Source: a virus. From it: DNA of 64,000 nt. The position numbers and the translations under genes were made by a program. The notes under the pieces are model-generated. The model was not told the origin of the DNA and did no database searches. It saw only the letters and a program-made list of their open reading frames with translations. Position 1 is the first letter of the stretch; the number at the start of each line of letters is the position of its first letter. The DNA is taken from IMG/VR virus record IMGVR_UViG_3300034684_000096, positions 56,005 through 120,004 of that record. The stretch is one strand, 5' to 3'. Below, piece after piece: positions 48,157 to 58,116 of this stretch.

Positions 48157-49098
48157 ATGGCAACTGCAACTGGTTCTCTACGTAGAATCATATATGGGAC
48201 TGAAGCGACATTTGGTGCGGGTCTTGGAGCAAGCGCTTCTATCTTGCGAAATGTAAGTGATTCCCTTAATTTAGCTAGAACTACTTCAGAGTCTGCAGAG
48301 TTGAGAGGTGACCGTTCAAAGCGGTTTCTTCGCTTAGGAAATGAATCTGTTACAGGTGATATTTCATTTGAGTTAGCTCATGGGGATTTTGATGATATTT
48401 TAGCTGCGGTAATGTGTAATAGTTGGGTAGCAGGTACAGGTACTAAAACACTTGTGCAAGGCGATACTATTACTTCGTTCGCTTTCGAAAAAGGCTTTAC
48501 TGATATTAGTCGGTATATTGAGTATGTTGGATGTGTGGCAAACAGTCTTGCAATCAGTTTTTCTACTGATTCGATTGTCTCTGGCACATTAGGCATCATT
48601 GGTGCAGGAAATGACGGAGGATATACTAGTGTTTCTGGCTTTGCTGGCACACCTACTGAACCTACAAACACAGAACCTTTTGTATCCTTTGATGGTGAAT
48701 TACTAATTGATGGTGCTGATGGATGTGGTATTATTACTGCATTAGATTTCACTATTGATAATGGATATACTGCAAATTATACCTTGTGCACACCTGAGGC
48801 GGTTTCTATGACTCCTGCTTCATTTAATGTCACAGGTACTATTACTGCATTATTCCAAGATTCAGTAGAGTTAGATAAGTTCTTAGCTGAGGAGACTTCT
48901 ACTTTAAAGGTTACCTTAACAGATGTTGATGCCAATACTTTAGAGTTTGAATTCCCGAAGATTAAGTATACTGGTGGTGATGTACCAGTAAGTGGTGATG
49001 GAGTTATATCTCTTTCACTACCTTTCACTGCGTTGTATGATGAGACTGTTAAGTCTTCTATCAGAATTACTACCAGTGATGCATCTGCTGGGTTATAA
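48157..49098 (+). CDS. major tail tube protein
   Basis: start at MATATG after GGAGG; ESAELRGDR, GDISFEL, FPKIKYT; hairpin 49109-49137. Confidence 0.88.
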   Translation: MATATGSLRRIIYGTEATFGAGLGASASILRNVSDSLNLARTTSESAELRGDRSKRFLRLGNESVTGDISFELAHGDFDDILAAVMCNSWVAGTGTKTLVQGDTITSFAFEKGFTDISRYIEYVGCVANSLAISFSTDSIVSGTLGIIGAGNDGGYTSVSGFAGTPTEPTNTEPFVSFDGELLIDGADGCGIITALDFTIDNGYTANYTLCTPEAVSMTPASFNVTGTITALFQDSVELDKFLAEETSTLKVTLTDVDANTLEFEFPKIKYTGGDVPVSGDGVISLSLPFTALYDETVKSSIRITTSDASAGL

Positions 49099-49164
49099 TT
49101 GAATTACTTGTTTGGCTAGTAATTAGCTAGCCAAACATATATAAACGAACAAGGAGAATATAGT

Positions 49165-49548
49165 ATGGATTTAGCTAGTTTAGACATTACTACAAAAGCA
49201 GAAGATGGAGTTGAAATGCACCTTCTTCACCCAGTAACAAACGAAGATACTGGTATTGTTATGGTATTACGTGGAGCCTCTTCAAAGGTTGTGAAAGCAG
49301 CTTTAGCGAAGTATAGAAAGGTTTCTGAAGATGAGAGAAAGAGTGATGCGGACAAAGAACGTGCAGCATCAGATTTCTTATCAAAGTGCATTATTGAAAT
49401 GCGTGGTGCAACGTATAATGGAGAACCTGTAGAATCTACTACGGAGAATATCAAGTGGTTCATTGAAAAGTTCCCTTGGGCATCCCCTCAGATTACAGAG
49501 TTTATTAATGAATTAGAAAATTTTTTACCGGAGAAAGACAGCGATTAA
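49165..49548 (+). CDS. tail assembly chaperone (G-like)
   Basis: between tube and tape measure genes; ends ENFL over a slippery site. Confidence 0.85.
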   Translation: MDLASLDITTKAEDGVEMHLLHPVTNEDTGIVMVLRGASSKVVKAALAKYRKVSEDERKSDADKERAASDFLSKCIIEMRGATYNGEPVESTTENIKWFIEKFPWASPQITEFINELENFLPEKDSD

Positions 49549-49928
49549 CTGATGCTGTCGCTCAAAAAATAGAGCTAGATTACCCCAGAGACTCACTGGA
49601 TGGAAAATCGCAGAGAGAGCAATACTTATTCGCTTTATCAAAATCAAACATAAAAGAGTCAATGAAGAAGGACTTAGAAAGTAAGTTAGAAGAAGTAGAA
49701 ATACCTGAAGGACGTGAATTATTATGGACAATTTTCTGGGATTTATTTTCTGGAGAACGATGCTCATACACTGAGATATATTCTTATCTTCATCTGACTA
49801 ATCTTACATTGACAGAGTATGAAATTGAACTCCTTAGGGCAATGGACAATGTAGCTTGTGATAGAGCATATAAAATACGTTATCCTAAGAAGGATAAGGC
49901 AACACCTGCGGGTAAAAATAATAAGTAG
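49521..49928 (+). CDS. -1 frameshift extension of tail chaperone (GT-like)
   Basis: T TTT TTA at 49521-49527; -1 frame open without stops into ORF 49662-49928. Confidence 0.8.
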   Translation, partial: FFTGERQRLTDAVAQKIELDYPRDSLDGKSQREQYLFALSKSNIKESMKKDLESKLEEVEIPEGRELLWTIFWDLFSGERCSYTEIYSYLHLTNLTLTEYEIELLRAMDNVACDRAYKIRYPKKDKATPAGKNNK

Positions 49929-49936
49929 AGGGTACT

Positions 49937-52900
49937 ATGGCTATTGATAATGAAGACGACATCCAGATTGGTATAAATTATAATGAAGAAGGTGAGCGTC
50001 AAGCTTTAAAAGGGATTGAACGTTTATCTACTGAATTACAGAAGTTAAAGAAGACAGCTTCTGCAACTACGAATGATTTAGCCGAGATTGATAAGTCGGT
50101 AGTTAAATTACAAAAAACTTTACAAAGCGCTACTGGTTCTGCAAAAGAATTCGGTGGCGCTGTTGTGTCTTCAGGCAAACCATATACTGTTGCTGGAGCA
50201 CGAGGTCAGAATACTAAACAGACTACTTCAGCTAGCAATGCTATGCAGACTGCTTCTAACCTAAATATGCCAGACTATCGGTATATGAATAAGCTTCAAG
50301 ACGAATTAAGTGATACCAAGGATTTACTTAGTCATTTAAATCAAGTCTATAAAAATACTGCTCCCGTAAATAAATATCTAGCATCACAAGACGCTGCAAA
50401 CAGTAAATTGTTACAGTCTAATCAGGCACTCAGTAGCCAGATTGAAGCCCTATCAGATACTAGTAGTAAGGTGAAAGCTGTGGACAATGCTATTGCGCAG
50501 TTAAATACACGTATAAATAGCACTAATTCCGCAATGAGTAGTGCTAATACATTATTAGCTAACTCTACACAAAATATTCAAAAATATACTCAATTGGTCG
50601 ATGGGGAAGATAAGGCATTAGCTGGTTTGAAAGAATCAGTTAAATTGGTTGTGAATGAACATGATAGATTGAACTCAATATTAAAAGAACAAGTTAATAA
50701 TCAGAAAAAGCAAATTACCGCGTTAACAGATTATAAAAGAGAATTGCTTAATACTGAGAAAGCTCAGAAAGAAGCAAATAAAATTGCAGATGAACAGAAG
50801 AAATTAGAGATACTAAAAGAACAAGAAGAGCGATTATTAAATGCAAAGAGATACTATCAGTCGTTAGTAGCACAGGCAAAAAAGTATAGTGATGAGTTAA
50901 TAAAAATATCTGGTCTAGATTTAAAAGGTTGGCAAACAGTACCTTCTACAACATCTCAGGTAACTACTCAGTATGATGTAGGCGCTCGTATGACTGCTGT
51001 TAAGACTGATTATGAGATATTATTAAAGAACGTTGAAGCAAGGAAGCAGAGCACACAACAGATAATGCAAGAAGCAAAGGTTTCAGCTAAATCTGCGCTG
51101 GAGCAACAGGATTTATCCTCTGCTATTACTTCAACACGCCAACAGATAGATGCTTTGGAAAGTAGTCTGAATAAAAACAGGGCTACGATGCAGTCGGTAA
51201 GTAATTTATCTACTAATTTGAAGACAAATTTTAATACGTATACTAAGGTATTGGGTGAAAATGATAAGGCTTTGGCTGAATTAAAGGTATCTAGTACTAC
51301 TGTAAGGGATGAATTTGAGGAGTCTAGGAAAGCATTGAAAGAAACAATGACTACTCAAAGATTGCAAATAAAGACATTAAAAGACCAAGAAAAACAATTA
51401 ATACTTAATAAAAAAGCACAAGATGCGTTAAATGAAGCACAAGAAAAATCGAGGATGTCTGCTCAAGCAGTAAGTGCTTTAGGTGGTATGGAGTCTGGCT
51501 TAGCTAGAGCTACAAGCACAATTAATACAGGGTATAATCGTAGTGCAAGTGCCATGGATAGCTCTGCTTCAATGGTCAGAGAAGCCAATAATATCGAAGA
51601 TTATGAAAAAAAGATAGCTAAATTACAACAAGCATATACTGTATTAGATACCGCCATTTCTGATAATAATGCTACCATGAAAAATGCTTCTGCTATAGTA
51701 GACCAGTTAAATGTTATTTATAAACAATATTCTGCTAATTTAGATGAGAATGATGAAGATGCGGTAGAGTTAAAACAGTCGATTGAAAAGTTACAGAATG
51801 CGCATAAGCTGGCTACTGCTGAAATGACAAAACAAAATACTGTACTAGGTAGACGTAAGTCTTTTATTAAAGGTGAGATGAGTTCTTGGAAAGCATTAGA
51901 TAATCAGGTTAAGAAATCAAATGACAAGATAAAGAAAGATGTATTAGATACTGAACGTAAATTAAAACAAGCATTTGCTAACACTAGGCAGAATATGAGA
52001 GATATTTCAATGTTTGCCAGTAGCTGGGGAAGAACCATGTCTCGTTTTATAACTGCACCGTTAATTGCAGCTGCAGCACAAGCTGTTAAGTTTACTGCAG
52101 AGATGGAAATGAATATAAAGTCATTAGAGATATTGTTAGGAAATAATGCTCGTGCAGCTGAAGAATTGTACACGCAGGTCACTAGATATGCGGCCGAAAC
52201 ACCATATGAAATTCCAGACTTAACAGATGCTACTAAGCAGTTATTAGCCTTTGGTTCTGCATCAACTGATGTATTACAGGAATTAAGTATGTTAGGTGAC
52301 TTAGCACAGAACGATGCTGAGAAGTTAGAGTCCGTGACTTCTGCTTTTGGTAAAGTACAGGCTCGTGGTGTAGCGCATATGCGTGAATTGAATAGATTCA
52401 TTATGGCTGGTGTACCTATTATTCAAACATTGGGTAAAGTAATGAACATGTCTGCTGAAGAACTGTTTAAAGCAGTCGAACAAGGACAGGTTAGCTTCGG
52501 TGCAGTAAAGCAGTCAATAGAGATGCTTACTAGTGAAGGTGAGCGCTTCTATAATATGTCTGAGAAATTAGCTACTACTGTTAAAGGTAGATGGTCTACG
52601 TTGAGTGATGAAGTAAACTTGGCTTTAAAGTCGTTTGCAGAAGATTACATGGAAAGTATTTTAAAGATTATTAATAAAGTTATTGAGTTAGCTCAAGCAA
52701 TACAGGCTATGTCTCCTGCACAACGTAATGTTATTAAAAACTGGGCATTGGTAGCAGCTTCTATTGGACCTGCATTATTGATGGTTGGTAAGTTAGTGTC
52801 TTCTGTAAGAGCTATATATGGACTAATGAAAAATATTTTCATAGTGCAGAAAGCAATGGCAATAGGGAGCACAATTGGAATAGTACTTACTATAGTATCT

Positions 52901-55900
52901 ACTTTAGCATTAGCATTAGGGATGGTGTATACTAACGCTAAGAAAGCTACTGAGGAGTATAGAGAACAGAAAGATTTATTAGACGCAATATATTCTAAAT
53001 CTAAAATTTCTCCTACTTCTAGTAAGGAATTAATTACTGTAACTGCAAGAAAGTATAAAATGGATGAAGACGGTAATGATTTATTACCTAATTTAAGTGT
53101 AGAAGAAATTTCAAAAGTATTAAGTACACAAGCTGCAAGTACGGTAAGTGATACATTAGTTAAGTTAAATACTAAGGTAGGCTACTATAAAGGCCTTATT
53201 GATGAATTGCAATCTGAAATAGACACGAAACAAGGCATAATGGATAGTTTTACTGCTGAGGACGCTAGCCCTCGTCTTCGGAGGAATTCCGCTCCTGATT
53301 ATACAGAAGACATAATTATAAATACTAATAAAATTATAGAATTAGAGAAAAAGTTAAAGAATGAATACGCCGAAACTGTTCAAGCTCCAACATTTTTATC
53401 CCACATGGCAGGGGAGTTTCAATTAATGGGAGCTGAGCTGACTAGTGTTAGTGAGTTAATGGAAGTATTTAAATATAACACAGAAGAGGCTATTAATGGA
53501 AGTGTTGCTCAGTTTGGTCGTTTTGCAGGTGCTGTTCCTTTAGTAACTAAGGCAAAAGAAGCTTTAGCTGAATTAGATACATTTGAAAATAAGCTTACTA
53601 AAGATGGTGACCGATTTATTTTAAATAAAGGCATTTCTGAGGAAGCGATTGATACTGCATTAAAGAATGCCGGATTAGACAATAATATTGTTATTAAACG
53701 AATATTTGATTATTTATTAGACCCAGAAGAAGCAAATCTATTAGTATTAGCTAGGTTAGGTGAGGTATTTGATGGAGTTGAAAAATATTCTGCAAGTGCT
53801 ATAGATGATTATATTAAAGCTACTCAAAAGAAATTCCGGCAAGATAATTTAGCTACATTATTACTTGAGAATACATTAGATAGTGGTGGTTTTGATAATA
53901 ACGAACTTGTGAAAGAAAATGCTAAAGTTATGCGAGATGCTTATGTTAATATAGCTAATGAGGCTATAGACCAGATAATGGCATCAGACACAACATTAGA
54001 TTTTGAAGGTGCTGTTAAACTAGCTAAAGAACAGTACGAAGATGTTTTTGCTAATATCGCTAAGTATGCTAAAACATATGAAAATTTATCAACTAGAAAT
54101 GAGTTTGATAAACTAGTAGATAAATATGGTACAGAACTAAAACAGATAGATTTGAATGAGATTGATAAGTTTAGAATAGAAGTAGAGGCCATTACTGACA
54201 AGTTAAAAGGCACTGAGTATGAGGTTACTACTGAGGCTATTGACAAGTTAGTACAGTCATTTGCTACTCTTAAATTTGAAGACGCTAAGAAGGCATTACA
54301 AGACCAAAAGAATGAGTTAATATTAAATGCAGATGCATTGACTGAATTAACAGATAAGCAAAATGGTTATAAAGATGCTCAGATAGCTTCTTTAAACCAA
54401 ATGAGAAGTTACATTGAAGCATTAAGAACATTACAAGAGGTTGCAAATGCTAATCCACAAGTTAATCAAGGAGCTAGTTTTTCTAGTGTTTATGGGGCAT
54501 TACAGTCACGTGCAAAGAATACTCCAGTAGCTGATACACAAGCATCTTTATTAAGCAACCTTGTACCTGTAAGAGCGCCTCAAGCACTTGCTCCATTAGC
54601 ACAAAACATAAAAGAACAGGTTGCTTTTACTAAGGCAGAGAAGGAAGCAATAGCTTCTTTAGCTGCTCAATATGTTCAAATGGATGATGTTACTAAGAAA
54701 CTTACTGAGAGTAGTGAAGGGTATCTTAATTTAGTCGAGTTAATTACTCAAGCAGAATGGGATAGCGCAACTAGTAGTGCATACGTAAATAAAGCAACAG
54801 AAATGCTTATTGCTAATGAGTTATCTTTAAGTCAGCATGGTAAAGATGCTAATGAGATACAAATAGAATTTTGGACTAATCTTAAAAATTCATTGGCAGA
54901 TACATTGGATGATTCACAGATTGCTGTATTTGATAAGTTAATTGCTTCATTTCAGAAGTTAATTGATTTAGATGCAGAAAAAGCAGGTACTGCTTTTAAT
55001 GATGCGCTAAAAGGTATTCGTGAAGAGATAGATGCTTTTGGACGGTCTGCTTCTGATACACGAGCATTTGAATCATTAAATAAACAAAATGAATTATTGC
55101 AAGCTATTGCAGACGACATGGGTATGTCTTTTGAGGATGTCTTTGCTCAATTTACTGGACGTAGTACTGATGTTGATGAATCCTTGAGAGAAAAATTTGA
55201 GTTAGTAAGAAATATACTGGGGGATTTTGATGATTATTTAAAAAATCAGGCATTAGAAGGTATTAAAGGCACGGTAGCAGATTATCAAAAGCAGGTGAGC
55301 CAATTAGGCATGACTGATAAAGAAAAATTTATGGATGATTTTATTAGGCAGTATGAAGAAGCAGGAATTGCAGTAGATAATTTTACTGTGTTTGTTTTAG
55401 AAAACTTGTATGATAAGATTGAAAAAAATAATGCTATGGAAGATGCTACTGAAGCAATTGAAGGGTATAATAAGCAGATTGCTCAATTAGGTATGAGTGA
55501 ACAAGCTAAAGCAATAGATAATTTAAGAAGACAGGGAGAAGCTTCTAAGTGGAGTGCAGAGAAGATTGACGAAGCCACTGAAGCTCTGAATAGGTATTAT
55601 ACTGCTGTTGCAAATAAAGAGGCACGAGACGCAGTAAGAACTAATGCTGAAGCATTTGAGGGGACAATAGAGTCTCTTACTATGGAAGGATTATTAGCAG
55701 GTAAAGATGATTTAACTGTGTGGTTAATGACAAATGCTACAGCGATTGCGGATTATGGAAAAGCTAATAATATGTCTAATAAAGAGGCTATTGAATTTGC
55801 TACTTCTATATATGCTCAGTCAAAAGCCATGAAAGATGCGGTGGAAAGTACTGATGCATTAGAAGAAATAGTTACATCTTATGGAAGTAAACTTTCTATG

Positions 55901-56902
55901 TTAAATTCTACAGAGTATGAACAAGCTGTAAATAGTATTTATACACAGGGTATTGCATCTAAATGGACTGCAGAACAATATAAAGAAGCAATGGATGCTC
56001 TTAATGCATATTATGATGTAGTTAGAGAAAATAAATTTAGTTCTATGGAAGACAGTATTGGTAAAGCTTCTAGTAAATTTATAAATACTGCATATTGGGG
56101 ACAGAGAGATGATATTGACAAAGCGGTAAAGGCCGAAGAGATAACTGAAGTACAGGGCGAGCAACTAGAGAAGTTATTAAATACGGTTACGGTTACGCAA
56201 GAGCTATATAATGTATTAGATAGTATTGGAGATATTGCATTTGATGGTTTAGTTTCAAGTATGGAAGCTATTGGGGATGCAATGTTTAAGTCTTCTGATG
56301 CTGGAGAAGCATTTAAGAATTCATTACAGGATATTGGTATCGCTATTGTAAACGCACTACCTAACTTGTTACTACAGGCTGGTTTACAGTTAATACCTAC
56401 TCCAATGTGGGGTATCGGTTTAGGCTTAATCGCAGCCTCTGGGTTAGTAGCAATAGGTAAGGGGTATATGAATGCTAAGTTAGATAGTGACATAGAAGGC
56501 ACTACATCTTCAGGAAGCTCTATTACCTACAGTGCTAAAGGAAATGCATGGTCTGGTGGAAACTTAATAAACGTGCCTACAATGTTTAATGCTAATAATG
56601 GGTTGAACGTAGGTGGAGAGTTAGGTACTGAAGCTATCTTACCATTGACCAGAACTACTACTGGACAATTAGGGGTTAATGCAAGCACAGGAGCCACTAA
56701 TGTTACAGTTCCAATTCAGGTTAATATAGTTAATGAGACTGGTGCTGAGACTGAAGCCGAAGTTAACCAGACAACAAATTCTGATGGTTCACAATCAGTT
56801 GATGTGATTATTAAGAAAGTTGTTAAGAGCAGTATGGCGAATGGTGAGTATGATAGAGTACTTTCATCTAGATATGGTGTTAAATCAAGAGGAGTTTCAT
56901 AA
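49937..56902 (+). CDS. tail tape measure protein
   Basis: 2321 aa, helical, tape-measure core (AAETPYEIPDL...GVPII) and C-terminal GGELGTEAILPL. Confidence 0.93.
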   Translation: MAIDNEDDIQIGINYNEEGERQALKGIERLSTELQKLKKTASATTNDLAEIDKSVVKLQKTLQSATGSAKEFGGAVVSSGKPYTVAGARGQNTKQTTSASNAMQTASNLNMPDYRYMNKLQDELSDTKDLLSHLNQVYKNTAPVNKYLASQDAANSKLLQSNQALSSQIEALSDTSSKVKAVDNAIAQLNTRINSTNSAMSSANTLLANSTQNIQKYTQLVDGEDKALAGLKESVKLVVNEHDRLNSILKEQVNNQKKQITALTDYKRELLNTEKAQKEANKIADEQKKLEILKEQEERLLNAKRYYQSLVAQAKKYSDELIKISGLDLKGWQTVPSTTSQVTTQYDVGARMTAVKTDYEILLKNVEARKQSTQQIMQEAKVSAKSALEQQDLSSAITSTRQQIDALESSLNKNRATMQSVSNLSTNLKTNFNTYTKVLGENDKALAELKVSSTTVRDEFEESRKALKETMTTQRLQIKTLKDQEKQLILNKKAQDALNEAQEKSRMSAQAVSALGGMESGLARATSTINTGYNRSASAMDSSASMVREANNIEDYEKKIAKLQQAYTVLDTAISDNNATMKNASAIVDQLNVIYKQYSANLDENDEDAVELKQSIEKLQNAHKLATAEMTKQNTVLGRRKSFIKGEMSSWKALDNQVKKSNDKIKKDVLDTERKLKQAFANTRQNMRDISMFASSWGRTMSRFITAPLIAAAAQAVKFTAEMEMNIKSLEILLGNNARAAEELYTQVTRYAAETPYEIPDLTDATKQLLAFGSASTDVLQELSMLGDLAQNDAEKLESVTSAFGKVQARGVAHMRELNRFIMAGVPIIQTLGKVMNMSAEELFKAVEQGQVSFGAVKQSIEMLTSEGERFYNMSEKLATTVKGRWSTLSDEVNLALKSFAEDYMESILKIINKVIELAQAIQAMSPAQRNVIKNWALVAASIGPALLMVGKLVSSVRAIYGLMKNIFIVQKAMAIGSTIGIVLTIVSTLALALGMVYTNAKKATEEYREQKDLLDAIYSKSKISPTSSKELITVTARKYKMDEDGNDLLPNLSVEEISKVLSTQAASTVSDTLVKLNTKVGYYKGLIDELQSEIDTKQGIMDSFTAEDASPRLRRNSAPDYTEDIIINTNKIIELEKKLKNEYAETVQAPTFLSHMAGEFQLMGAELTSVSELMEVFKYNTEEAINGSVAQFGRFAGAVPLVTKAKEALAELDTFENKLTKDGDRFILNKGISEEAIDTALKNAGLDNNIVIKRIFDYLLDPEEANLLVLARLGEVFDGVEKYSASAIDDYIKATQKKFRQDNLATLLLENTLDSGGFDNNELVKENAKVMRDAYVNIANEAIDQIMASDTTLDFEGAVKLAKEQYEDVFANIAKYAKTYENLSTRNEFDKLVDKYGTELKQIDLNEIDKFRIEVEAITDKLKGTEYEVTTEAIDKLVQSFATLKFEDAKKALQDQKNELILNADALTELTDKQNGYKDAQIASLNQMRSYIEALRTLQEVANANPQVNQGASFSSVYGALQSRAKNTPVADTQASLLSNLVPVRAPQALAPLAQNIKEQVAFTKAEKEAIASLAAQYVQMDDVTKKLTESSEGYLNLVELITQAEWDSATSSAYVNKATEMLIANELSLSQHGKDANEIQIEFWTNLKNSLADTLDDSQIAVFDKLIASFQKLIDLDAEKAGTAFNDALKGIREEIDAFGRSASDTRAFESLNKQNELLQAIADDMGMSFEDVFAQFTGRSTDVDESLREKFELVRNILGDFDDYLKNQALEGIKGTVADYQKQVSQLGMTDKEKFMDDFIRQYEEAGIAVDNFTVFVLENLYDKIEKNNAMEDATEAIEGYNKQIAQLGMSEQAKAIDNLRRQGEASKWSAEKIDEATEALNRYYTAVANKEARDAVRTNAEAFEGTIESLTMEGLLAGKDDLTVWLMTNATAIADYGKANNMSNKEAIEFATSIYAQSKAMKDAVESTDALEEIVTSYGSKLSMLNSTEYEQAVNSIYTQGIASKWTAEQYKEAMDALNAYYDVVRENKFSSMEDSIGKASSKFINTAYWGQRDDIDKAVKAEEITEVQGEQLEKLLNTVTVTQELYNVLDSIGDIAFDGLVSSMEAIGDAMFKSSDAGEAFKNSLQDIGIAIVNALPNLLLQAGLQLIPTPMWGIGLGLIAASGLVAIGKGYMNAKLDSDIEGTTSSGSSITYSAKGNAWSGGNLINVPTMFNANNGLNVGGELGTEAILPLTRTTTGQLGVNASTGATNVTVPIQVNIVNETGAETEAEVNQTTNSDGSQSVDVIIKKVVKSSMANGEYDRVLSSRYGVKSRGVS

Positions 56903-57249
56903 TGACAAACTGGCCTTCAACACTTCCACAATACGTGGACCAAGACGGATACAATCAAACAATTCAGAATCCTGTGTTAAGTACAGATATGGATGCTGGT
57001 CCAGTGAAGAAAAGACTCAGGTACACATTTGTGCCTGAGCAGTTTTCTATTACACTGACTATGACAAAAGCACAGTTTGACACATTTGTTACATTTTTTA
57101 AACAAACTATTCACTATGGTGCTGACACATTTTCATGGAAGCACCCGGTAACACGAGCTATAGCAAACTGTCGGTTTACCTCTATGTATAGTGCTGTGCC
57201 ACATGGGTTAGATTTTAAAGTTAGTATATCGATGGAGATACTTCCATAG
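56902..57249 (+). CDS. distal tail protein
   Basis: WPSTLP...MDAGP.K.R.RYT; synteny. Confidence 0.8.
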   Translation: MTNWPSTLPQYVDQDGYNQTIQNPVLSTDMDAGPVKKRLRYTFVPEQFSITLTMTKAQFDTFVTFFKQTIHYGADTFSWKHPVTRAIANCRFTSMYSAVPHGLDFKVSISMEILP

Positions 57250-57263
57250 GAAGGAGTAATTAT

Positions 57264-57743
57264 ATGTCAAGAGCAATGAGTACTGCTGCGTTAGCAGCGT
57301 TATCAGCACAAGAAACGAGTGAGATATTTCTTTATTTGTTAGAAATAGGGATTACTGTTAATGGTACTACTGATACTTATTATTTTGTAAACAATACTGT
57401 ATCAGTAGAAAGGAATGGTACTACATATGACCCACTAGCATTTAAAATTGTATTACCTCAAGAAGGTGAACATATCAATAGTGCTACTATTAACTTAGAT
57501 GTTGTAGATAGGGAAATGATTGAAGTAATGCGTTCTGCTGATGAACCACCTACTATTAGTTTCATTCTTATATTGGCTTCTAATTTAAATGGAGACCCAG
57601 AAGCTGGTCCATTTAATTTTGTACTCAAGGAAGTTTCTTATAATAAAACCAGTCTTTCTGCTACATTATCTACAGGTAATCATTTAGATGGGACATTTCC
57701 TAAAGTGATTAGAACTCCTTATTACTTTCCGGCATTGTTTTAA
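57264..57743 (+). CDS. minor tail protein (DUF1833-like)
   Basis: LLEI...VNNT...F.I.LP...TP..FPALF. Confidence 0.8.
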   Translation: MSRAMSTAALAALSAQETSEIFLYLLEIGITVNGTTDTYYFVNNTVSVERNGTTYDPLAFKIVLPQEGEHINSATINLDVVDREMIEVMRSADEPPTISFILILASNLNGDPEAGPFNFVLKEVSYNKTSLSATLSTGNHLDGTFPKVIRTPYYFPALF

Positions 57744-57744
57744 T

Positions 57745-58116
57745 ATGGAAGAGTATATTGGTATTCCCTATATAATAAATGGGAGAGATAAAAACGGTTT
57801 AGATTGCTATGGTTTAGTTTACCTTGTTGAGAAGGAATATTTTCACAAGGATTTACCTGAGTTTAGTAATATCTCATTGGGTAATGACTCAGAGATTCTT
57901 ATAGCGGAGAATAAACCATTATTAGAAGCTACTAAAGTAAGTAAACCATTGGATGGGGATATTGTATTATTGTTTATTCAAGGCACTCCTTCCCACGTAG
58001 GAGTATACTTTGACAATGGTATTTTACATTCAACACAAGGACGTGGCGTAGTATATGAGAAGATTAATTCGCCTCATCTAAAGAGGTTTGGTACGAAGGA
58101 GTATTACCGTGTATAG
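57745..58116 (+). CDS. NlpC/P60 tail-associated peptidase
   Basis: YIGIPY..GRD..GLDCYGL...HVGVY...LH. Confidence 0.9.
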   Translation: MEEYIGIPYIINGRDKNGLDCYGLVYLVEKEYFHKDLPEFSNISLGNDSEILIAENKPLLEATKVSKPLDGDIVLLFIQGTPSHVGVYFDNGILHSTQGRGVVYEKINSPHLKRFGTKEYYRV

